NCBI GenBank assembly: GCA_003228195.2
Contig: QGNO01000001.1
Span: forward strand, 85,550 to 149,549
Origin: Chloroflexota bacterium
GTDB taxonomy: Bacteria; Chloroflexota; Dehalococcoidia; Lucifugimonadales; QGNO01
Length of the DNA stretch: 64,000 bases
Direction: 5' to 3'
Part shown: positions 30,847 to 38,370 of the stretch, one piece after another
How the letters are laid out: each line of letters opens with the position of its first letter
Numbering within the stretch: position 1 is the stretch's first letter
The notes under the pieces: generated by a model
Databases searched by the model: none
What the model was told of the DNA's origin: nothing
The model's input: the letters and a program-made list of their open reading frames with translations, nothing else
Made by a program: the position numbers and the translations under genes

Positions 30847-31812
30847 CTAAGTCTTAATAGTCGCTGTTGCCATTAAGGCAGCGCCTACGACGGTTGCATT
30901 ACCGCCAAGACGACTTTTCACAATTTCTACGTCGGTGTCTAGTGCGTTAGTCGTGTGAACCCTTATCATATCTATTAGTTTTTCTGTGCCTTCTATAACG
31001 CCGCCACCTAGTATGATTTTGCTTGGATTGAAAATGTTCACTATAGATTTAACGCCGACTGCCAAGTATTCTGCAGTACATTCCATTAGCTCTGTAGCCA
31101 ATGGGTCATTTTGTTGGAATGCCTGAGATACAGTTGCGGCGCTTATGTCCTCGATCTTCCCATGAGCTAATTCCAGCATGACGGCACCTATTACTGGGTT
31201 CAGCATCACAACTTTCTGGGCTCTGCTTGCTATTCCCCAGCCCCCTGCCATTGATTCTAGGCAGCCTCGATTTCCGCATCTACAAAGTGGTCCGTTAACA
31301 TCAATTGTGGTGTGCCCTAATTCTCCTGCGTACCCTGACTTACCAGATAGCAGTCTACCCTCAGTTATTATTCCACAACCGATACCAGTACCAACAAATA
31401 AACAAACTAGGTCGTTCGTATCTTTACCAACTCCACTATGCCATTCTGAGAAGACTGCTGCGCGCACGTCATTTGTTACGAAGCTAGGGATATTAAAAGC
31501 ATCTTGTAGGATTTGTTTGAGAGGCACCCCTGTCCATTTTTTGAGATTGGGGGATGTTACTACTATGCCGCTATCCTTTTCGATCAAGCCGGCTGCCCCA
31601 ACTCCTATAGCTACAGCAGTAGCTCCGGACACGTTTTGAAGGTGTTTTACACTGGTTGAGATGCGGTCTATGAATTGACCAACGGAAAGTTCATAGCCGC
31701 TTGGGAAACATGTTGTAGACACGACATCGCCTATGGGAGAAACGAGCCCCGCCATTACTTTGGTGCCACCTATGTCAACGCCCAGAGTGAGAGCTGATTT
31801 CATAGTACTCAA
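30847..31812 (-). CDS. ROK-family sugar kinase (glucokinase-like)
   Basis: LGVDIGGTKV ATP motif and the ROK zinc motif GHTTIDVNGPLCRCGNRGCLE. Confidence 0.86.
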   Translation of the reverse strand: MSTMKSALTLGVDIGGTKVMAGLVSPIGDVVSTTCFPSGYELSVGQFIDRISTSVKHLQNVSGATAVAIGVGAAGLIEKDSGIVVTSPNLKKWTGVPLKQILQDAFNIPSFVTNDVRAAVFSEWHSGVGKDTNDLVCLFVGTGIGCGIITEGRLLSGKSGYAGELGHTTIDVNGPLCRCGNRGCLESMAGGWGIASRAQKVVMLNPVIGAVMLELAHGKIEDISAATVSQAFQQNDPLATELMECTAEYLAVGVKSIVNIFNPSKIILGGGVIEGTEKLIDMIRVHTTNALDTDVEIVKSRLGGNATVVGAALMATATIKT

Positions 31813-31897
31813 TGTGGATATACTTGAATCTCGAATAACTAGAAACTGGAGATCGCGCGAGACCTTTTAATGTTTTTCCTATTACAGAGATTACTTA

Positions 31898-32377
31898 CTA
31901 AAAAAACAAGAACTTGCGCTTGCGCTTTGTTGCTGGCCTTGGTTTCTTGTCAGCCGAACTACCAAGCGAGGAGATCACAGCTCTAGGGTTTTCTTTAAGT
32001 AGAGATGGTAGTAATTCGTATAGTCTTTCAACTTGCTCTGTATCTAAGTCTCTTGTTACGGTTTGTACAGCACCCACACGACGCATAGCCAATGTGCCAG
32101 GCAAGTTTTTCATCGCTTCGTCATAGGCTCGAGCTACTTGTTCTGCTTTGTCGGCATCCATTTTAACCCAAGTCTGAAGTCTGCTATTAGTGAATATATG
32201 CAGCTTGTCTTCGTCCAGTTCATGTTCTGCTCTGGCCATATCAGTGATTTGTTTGATCCGTTCATCTTCCGATAAGCCGGCGAGCTCATTGTACCTAGTT
32301 GTCATTTGTGATTGACGCGCATCTTCTTTTGCTGCAACAAGGCCCACCCATTGTTTGACTTCCTTAGATTCAGCCAT
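31898..32377 (-). CDS. Hypothetical protein (159 aa), helical with a polybasic C-terminus
   Basis: Clean ORF with a strong RBS region (AGGAGG, read on the minus strand just upstream of the ATG). The C-terminus is KKPRPATKRKRKFLFF. No family recognised. Confidence 0.55.
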   Translation of the reverse strand: MAESKEVKQWVGLVAAKEDARQSQMTTRYNELAGLSEDERIKQITDMARAEHELDEDKLHIFTNSRLQTWVKMDADKAEQVARAYDEAMKNLPGTLAMRRVGAVQTVTRDLDTEQVERLYELLPSLLKENPRAVISSLGSSADKKPRPATKRKRKFLFF

Positions 32378-32632
32378 AGATGCCTCCTTATTTCCTGCCT
32401 GAATTCTCGCAGGCTATCACGCGGATTGTCACCAAATTGACACGATCATATTGTGAGCATTCCTTTCTGTCAACAACTCTTAAATAACAGGCACTGACAT
32501 TACGTTGCCATAATCTAATATCTCCCCGAACTTTGATTAATTTAGATCGCTCTTCCCAAGTCCACTGACGTGTTCTACAATAACGAAACTCAAGTTTTCG
32601 TGTAGACCAGTTTTGATTTTAAGGAGGAGTAA

Positions 32633-33967
32633 ATGGCTAGCATGACCGAGAGGTTCTACGATCTTCATCCTACCTCAAGACGATTGTATGAGGATCGTGC
32701 AAAAGGGCTTTTCCCAGATGGGGTAACGCATGAGACTCGTTATCTTGCTCCTTTTCCTATTTACGCGACTCACGCTGAAGGTGCTCGGAAGTGGGACGTC
32801 GACGGCAATGAATATGTTGACTACGTCTCCGGGCACGGATCATTATTGCTGGGGCATTCCCATCCGGCAATTGTTAAGGCTGTTAGTGACTACGTTGCTC
32901 TTGGTACACACTTTGGCGCCAATACTGAGGTCGAAATAAAATGGGGAGAACTTGTAACTAAGTTGATACCGTCTGCGGAAAAAGTCCGTTTCACCAGTTC
33001 GGGCACGGAAGCGACCATGATGGCGATGAGGCTCGCCCGTGCTTACACAGGCAAGAATAAGATCATAAAGTTTTTTGATCACTTCCATGGTTGGCACGAT
33101 TATGCTGCGGCTAATGGCAATGAATCGGGCCCTGGTATACCCGCAAGTACATGGGAAAGCATGATTGTGCTTCCGGAAGTTAATGATATTAACGCTGTAG
33201 AAAGAGCACTTGATGTGGACGATGATATCGCGGCTATAATTTTGGAGCCCACTGGCGCTCACATGGGAGTTTCACCGATAAAGCCTGCATTTCTGGAAGA
33301 ATTAAGAGCCGTAACAGAACAGCGCAGAGTAGTGTTGCTATTTGACGAAGTAGTTACAGGCTTCCGTTCATCACGAGGGGGAGCACAGGCCAGATTTGGT
33401 GTCACTCCTGATCTCACATCGCTAGCTAAGGTATTGGGTGGAGGTCTACCTGGAGGTGCCGTTGCCGGAAAGGCTGAAATATTAGACATGATTCAACGTA
33501 GAGGGGATGTGGAGTGGGATTCGAACAGAAGAGTCATTCATGCTGGTACTTTCAATGCCAACCCATTGTCAGCTGCTGCCGGGTCCACTGCGTTGGAGTT
33601 GGTTGCTAATACTAACGCTAATGCCCATGCTGAGACTATGGCGACAAGGCTTAAGGCTGGTATTAACAATGTAATGGCTAGGTTGGAAATCCCAGGGTGT
33701 GCTTATGGAGTCGCTTCTCTGGTGCACCTGACCATGGGCACTCCAACGGACCCTGAATCTATAAACGATATGCCTCATGCAGAAATAAGGGCAGCGATGA
33801 CGCCTGAAAAACTTAGTGGTATAAAAATTAGCCTGCTTAATGCGGGAGTTGACCCGATGTGGAAAACCATGATTGTATCGGCTAAGCATCAGGAGGCTGA
33901 CATCGATTTTACCATCGCAGCCTATGAAGAAGGTTTTTCTAATATGCGAGAAGAAGGGATAGTCTAA
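32633..33967 (+). CDS. Class-III aminotransferase (glutamate-1-semialdehyde 2,1-aminomutase-like family)
   Basis: PLP-lysine context DLTSLAKVLGGGLPGGA, FDEVVTGFR, SGTEATM. RBS AAGGAGGAG. The sequence does not show whether it is a true HemL. Confidence 0.88.
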   Translation: MASMTERFYDLHPTSRRLYEDRAKGLFPDGVTHETRYLAPFPIYATHAEGARKWDVDGNEYVDYVSGHGSLLLGHSHPAIVKAVSDYVALGTHFGANTEVEIKWGELVTKLIPSAEKVRFTSSGTEATMMAMRLARAYTGKNKIIKFFDHFHGWHDYAAANGNESGPGIPASTWESMIVLPEVNDINAVERALDVDDDIAAIILEPTGAHMGVSPIKPAFLEELRAVTEQRRVVLLFDEVVTGFRSSRGGAQARFGVTPDLTSLAKVLGGGLPGGAVAGKAEILDMIQRRGDVEWDSNRRVIHAGTFNANPLSAAAGSTALELVANTNANAHAETMATRLKAGINNVMARLEIPGCAYGVASLVHLTMGTPTDPESINDMPHAEIRAAMTPEKLSGIKISLLNAGVDPMWKTMIVSAKHQEADIDFTIAAYEEGFSNMREEGIV

Positions 33968-33998
33968 ATAAGAAACTTCGAAAGATGAGGTTACAAGC

Positions 33999-34946
33999 CT
34001 GAACTGCGTAAATTGCGATTTCGATAATAGTCACAAGGCGGAATATTGTAGCCAATGTGGTGTGGGGTTGTCGGGGGATCTTGATGAAGCAGCTGACCGC
34101 TTGGCTAAAACCCTTCTTAATGAGGTAGCTGAGGTACATGCGGTGGAAGATGATCAAGAACCACTTTATACTCTCCCACCTGTCCCACGTTTGGATAGTT
34201 TCTATCAATCTTTCCGCCCGAAAAATCTCGGCCTTCTGGTAACTGAAACGCTGAGAATATGCTGGCTCAACTTAGGTCTGTTGTTGAGAGTATCGATAAT
34301 CGCCCACTTGCCATTTTTCCTGACAGTATTTCTGCCTATTTCTTCTGCTTTTCTCCCATTGGTTTTTTTCGTCGTGATCTTTGGATTCCTGATGGGGCAA
34401 TTTGCGAATGCCGCCACAACATATATTGTTGCTGCCAGATACCTTGGATACAATTGTACGGCCGTTATGGCTTATCAAGAATCTTTCGGCATGCGGCGTT
34501 CCCTTTTGGCGAACACTGTCATATTTTCCACAGCAATGTTGGTGGCCATATTGCTGAGCACCATAGGGATTGGTATTCCGTTAGTAATATTCATTCTGCT
34601 CGCCTGGAGTTTTTATGTTCAGGCCGTCATTCTAGAGAAGAAAGGATATATGGAAGCGCTACTAAGAAGTTGGAATTTGGTAAAGCGGGACTTGGTTAGA
34701 TTGTTGGGTGTTGGGGCAGTGTTTATGTCTATACAAGCCCTTGTGGTATTAATTATTAGCTTCATTAGTCAGTTGGTTTTCCCCGAAGCAACGGCTGTTG
34801 GGGGTCTTTTCCAAATACTTGGAGTCGCAATAGTTACGCCGTTCTTTTATGTGGGTACGGCCGTAGTTTATATTGACCTGCGATCAAGATTGGAGAACCT
34901 TAATTCAGATATATTGGCTAAAGAGATCGGTTGGATACGTGGTTAA
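33999..34946 (+). CDS. Zinc-ribbon domain membrane protein; proposed non-canonical CTG start (track start is GTG at 34062)
   Basis: In frame upstream of the GTG the sequence encodes LNCVNCDFDNSHKAEYCSQCG (CxxC-x11-CxxC), bounded by a TAA at 33969-33971. No ATG, GTG or TTG lies in frame. GAGG at 33987-33990 sits 8 nt before the CTG at 33999. The C-terminal part has several hydrophobic helices. Confidence 0.55.
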   Translation: MNCVNCDFDNSHKAEYCSQCGVGLSGDLDEAADRLAKTLLNEVAEVHAVEDDQEPLYTLPPVPRLDSFYQSFRPKNLGLLVTETLRICWLNLGLLLRVSIIAHLPFFLTVFLPISSAFLPLVFFVVIFGFLMGQFANAATTYIVAARYLGYNCTAVMAYQESFGMRRSLLANTVIFSTAMLVAILLSTIGIGIPLVIFILLAWSFYVQAVILEKKGYMEALLRSWNLVKRDLVRLLGVGAVFMSIQALVVLIISFISQLVFPEATAVGGLFQILGVAIVTPFFYVGTAVVYIDLRSRLENLNSDILAKEIGWIRG

Positions 34947-34980
34947 GCAAATGTTTTTATTCGATTGATATAGTCTAGTT

Positions 34981-35691
34981 TTGAGCCGCCCTACGAGTGG
35001 ACCCATTATGAGCAATTTACAGCCAAGAATTACAGGATTATTTGTTACTCTAGCGACGTTATTTATTGCGCTTTTAATAACCTCAAACATAATTGCCGTT
35101 AAGATAATTGAAGTCGGTGGACGGATCGTACCTGCGGCGATAGTTCTATTTCCTTTAACCTACATAATTGGTGATATCCTTACTGAGGTCTATGGGTATA
35201 GATTAGCAAGAAAGGTAATCTGGTTGGGTTTCTTGGGCAACTTTGTTGCAGTGGTTGGATTCTGGTTGGGTGGTTTGTTGCCCGCCGCCGAGTTTTGGGG
35301 CAACGATGAGGCTTATCACATCATATTGGGGGCTACCCCCAGATTACTTGTTGCATCTTTGGGTGGATATCTAGTAGGGGAATTCACCAATTCGATTGTA
35401 CTATCGAAGCTGAAACTGGCTACAGATGGTCGGTGGTTGTGGATGCGCACAATTGGCTCTACGGTAGTTGGTCAAGGGCTGGACTCAATCGTTTTCATAT
35501 CTGTGGCGTTTGTTGGCACTTTGGCATTTAATAATCTTACAGAATTAATAGTCACTCAGTGGTTGGTTAAAGTTTTCTATGAAATATTGGCTACCCCGTT
35601 GACATATCTGACTGTAAGCTACGTGAAGAAGTGGGATGGAATAGACACGTACGATACTGACGTATCTATAAACCCACTTGATTTGAGATAG
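34981..35691 (+). CDS. yhhQ: Queuosine-precursor transporter (YhhQ / DUF165, VUT family)
   Basis: IVLFPLTYIIGDILTEVYGY and the multi-pass membrane profile are typical of YhhQ. An alternative ATG start lies at 35008. Confidence 0.84.
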   Translation: MSRPTSGPIMSNLQPRITGLFVTLATLFIALLITSNIIAVKIIEVGGRIVPAAIVLFPLTYIIGDILTEVYGYRLARKVIWLGFLGNFVAVVGFWLGGLLPAAEFWGNDEAYHIILGATPRLLVASLGGYLVGEFTNSIVLSKLKLATDGRWLWMRTIGSTVVGQGLDSIVFISVAFVGTLAFNNLTELIVTQWLVKVFYEILATPLTYLTVSYVKKWDGIDTYDTDVSINPLDLR

Positions 35692-35715
35692 TCGGAATCT
35701 CTAGATTCGAAATTG

Positions 35716-37269
35716 CTAGCCATTAAATTCCGTAATGGGCTGAGCTAGTATCCACAGGCTTGTCATCGTGTAGGCTATCATTAATACTAGCATCGGGTAC
35801 TGGCTTCTTAACGCAGACCTACGATCCTTTAGTTGCCTCACCGCGGTTACGTGCGATATGTAAACAGCTATTATGTGGCCCAGAACGATCGCCGCTACCG
35901 ATACTACCCAGGCAAACTTAGCATTTACTATCGCTATGTTTGGTTTGAATGTTGCAGTCCCGAAAAGGTCCCATCCGTAACCGAATGGATCTGAAACAAG
36001 AGTTATCAGGAGTTGTCCCTGTATAAGTAGGTAGGATAGATAATGCGATAGATGATACGCGAGAGCTATTGGAATCAAGGAGAAAACAAACAATTTGGCG
36101 AATTTTAATGTGTCGACCGACTCGTTACTAAAGTAAGACATGGCTCTACAAAAAATTAGATATACAGTAAGAAACAAGAGCGGAAAAAGTAAAAGCCCAA
36201 AAGTCTCTACTCCAAGCAACCGAGAGCCGCCGAGGAATTCAAAAATGGGTAGCATCGCAAAGGCTATATCAACCCACAAAGGGGTGGCAGTGAATCCGTC
36301 GAAAGTAACTGTAGATAAAATCAGTATTACCGTGGCGAATAAAGAAAGAGAAGTATTTTGTCCGTTTAATAGACCTGCCCCAAATGGCCTCAGATTAACC
36401 TGCCGGGCTGCTTCAGGCGACCGATTAAAACAGTTGTAACAGTTCACACATCCGTTAACGTTGTATTCACAGTCCGAGACACAAAAAAGGCAAAGTTTAT
36501 CCGAGTTAACCCTAACTTCTGTAGGTGCGAAACTTCCGAATAAGTCAAAAAATATGGTGAAAATATCCCCATTACTTATCCATTTCTCTTTCCCGAAAAT
36601 AAACATTCCGATCCAATTGATGAAGGAATAATAAAGTATAAAAATAGAAAGAGTTCTTGGGGTCGCTGAACTCGGGTATACAAGTTCTACCCAAGCGAAT
36701 AGCAGGAACAGGGAAAAGGCTGGCCAGACGCCCAAGCGGGTCGGGTAGCGGCAATTTAGTGACAATCTATCGTTGTGGGAAATGCGTCTATAAATCCCGT
36801 CAGCTATTTCAAATAAAGTTTTGAGTGGGTTAATAAATTTCCAGACGTTGCCTACTAAAGCGGCTACGTAAGTCAGAGCTACCCAAAAGATAATCCATAC
36901 CATTGTCGGCGCTAGATTCTTAATGGGTCCTTGGTCTCCGATCAACCCAGAGGCGATGGTCAGGATGAAAGCCAATAACGCAAAACCTTTAACTAGAGTG
37001 TGAATCACACGATTTTTTAGGAACCAGCCCACTCTTTTGTGATAGATGTCTACCGTAGTATAAGAGCCTGAAGGCTTGCTATTACGGAGGAAATAAGCTA
37101 TCAGTAGAAATGATAGTCCCACTGCGGCACCGGCGCCAATAAGATATATCGATAGTGGGACTGGTAAATCGTACCGTTCCCCAAAGCCGTGTGCATACGT
37201 TGGTTGAATTGCTAAGCTTAGTATTAAAGCAATGGAAAGACCGACTACAACTCTTGGCGTTGCGTTCAA
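35716..37269 (-). CDS. Uncharacterised polytopic membrane protein with a predicted mature N-terminal His and a six-Cys loop
   Basis: 517 aa. Signal-like N-terminus ...IQPTYA/HGFGERYDLPVPL, at least 10 hydrophobic segments, and a loop C260-x2-C-x3-C-x6-C-x2-C-x2-C280 encoded at about 36430-36492. Last gene of a three-gene operon. No family recognised. Confidence 0.7.
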   Translation of the reverse strand: MNATPRVVVGLSIALILSLAIQPTYAHGFGERYDLPVPLSIYLIGAGAAVGLSFLLIAYFLRNSKPSGSYTTVDIYHKRVGWFLKNRVIHTLVKGFALLAFILTIASGLIGDQGPIKNLAPTMVWIIFWVALTYVAALVGNVWKFINPLKTLFEIADGIYRRISHNDRLSLNCRYPTRLGVWPAFSLFLLFAWVELVYPSSATPRTLSIFILYYSFINWIGMFIFGKEKWISNGDIFTIFFDLFGSFAPTEVRVNSDKLCLFCVSDCEYNVNGCVNCYNCFNRSPEAARQVNLRPFGAGLLNGQNTSLSLFATVILILSTVTFDGFTATPLWVDIAFAMLPIFEFLGGSRLLGVETFGLLLFPLLFLTVYLIFCRAMSYFSNESVDTLKFAKLFVFSLIPIALAYHLSHYLSYLLIQGQLLITLVSDPFGYGWDLFGTATFKPNIAIVNAKFAWVVSVAAIVLGHIIAVYISHVTAVRQLKDRRSALRSQYPMLVLMIAYTMTSLWILAQPITEFNG

Positions 37270-37281
37270 TTGTTAATCACC

Positions 37282-37725
37282 TCATTTGGGAAGTACTTCT
37301 AGGAATCCCAGGATGATATCTGCATTTTCGAATTCATGTGACACGCCTTTATCGGCTGTATCATGATTATGCTGATGTTCACCCTGTTTGTGATCTTCAC
37401 TATCGACATGCATTTCAAAAGCGAATTTGCCTGTGGCGTTGGCCTTGAATTGGATTTCAGAGGTCTGCCCTGTTTTTATTATTGACTCCAAATCGTACCC
37501 ATGTATATGGAGTGTTCCGTCTTCATCCGTTGTTATGTGCAATGTCACTTGGTCATCTTGAGTTACTCTGAGTTTATTATGTTCTGCTCCAACGGTCCGA
37601 TTAACAATGGATAAATTAAAGTTTCTAGCGACTGGTTCTCGATTCCCGCTGCACCCTATGACTAATAACGTTAATAGGACGAGAATGCCTGCGAGTGAGG
37701 TATTGCATGTTGGTTTTAGGGTCAA
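37282..37725 (-). CDS. His-rich lipoprotein, cupredoxin-like beta-sandwich (tentative)
   Basis: Lipobox LLVIGC. LRVTQDDQVTLHITTDEDGTLHIHGYDLE...GKFAFEMH resembles Cys-less cupredoxin_1-type domains. His/acidic tail HVDSEDHKQGEHQHNHD. Confidence 0.62.
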   Translation of the reverse strand: MTLKPTCNTSLAGILVLLTLLVIGCSGNREPVARNFNLSIVNRTVGAEHNKLRVTQDDQVTLHITTDEDGTLHIHGYDLESIIKTGQTSEIQFKANATGKFAFEMHVDSEDHKQGEHQHNHDTADKGVSHEFENADIILGFLEVLPK

Positions 37726-37771
37726 CGCTGATCTCCTTATAGATAGGCTTTAACGCATAATTATAAGTCGA

Positions 37772-38281
37772 TTATTTTTTAGAGACAATTATTATTGCAG
37801 GAAGAATCAGTAATACCCCAACTAATATGGACGCAATAATTTCCCAATTGATTTTTGTGTCTGAAACAGTGACTATGAAACTGCCATCAATCGTTGAGTG
37901 ATCCAATTTGATTATGGGCTTCAAATTGTAATCACCCGTAGCTGTCACTGGTACGGAAACGTCATAGTGCACTGGCAGTATGGAGGAGATACTTCCATGG
38001 GCAATGTATCTCCCTCCGTCGCTTCCCTCTACCTGAATAACAATTTCTTTAGCTTCAATTGGAACATTGTTCTCTAGGACGTGGACTGACAGCGATAGTT
38101 GGCCAACAAGATGGCTCGCATCCCTAGAAAAGACAACAATTTGTATGGGCCCTTCTACTTTGCTGAACAATTCTATATTGGTGGCTCCATTCGCCATAAC
38201 TGGATGTGTTGAGACGAACCAAGCTAAAGAAACAGTAGCGAACAGGGCTAATCCAAGGCTAATCTGCATATTGTGAGTCAC
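37772..38281 (-). CDS. Secreted beta-rich (Ig-like, possibly FixH/YtkA-like) protein with a C-terminal membrane anchor
   Basis: 169 aa with a signal-like N-terminus (...STHPVMA/NG) and a C-terminal TM segment IIASILVGVLLILPAIIIVSKK. GTG start at 38281 or ATG at 38269. Confidence 0.6.
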   Translation of the reverse strand: MTHNMQISLGLALFATVSLAWFVSTHPVMANGATNIELFSKVEGPIQIVVFSRDASHLVGQLSLSVHVLENNVPIEAKEIVIQVEGSDGGRYIAHGSISSILPVHYDVSVPVTATGDYNLKPIIKLDHSTIDGSFIVTVSDTKINWEIIASILVGVLLILPAIIIVSKK

Positions 38282-38370
38282 TAGACAGATACCATATATG
38301 GTTGGTTTTCAAATCGTTTAAGGTGCCCAAAAATGATAAGTCCAAAACCTTTTAGCATAGTTCGCGCGAT

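Noticed and set aside
35692-35715. The GAATC-tcta-GATTC hairpin between the convergent yhhQ and membrane-protein genes, as a bidirectional terminator.
   Set aside because: It has only a 5-bp AT-rich stem and no flanking T/A tracts, which is too weak to call.
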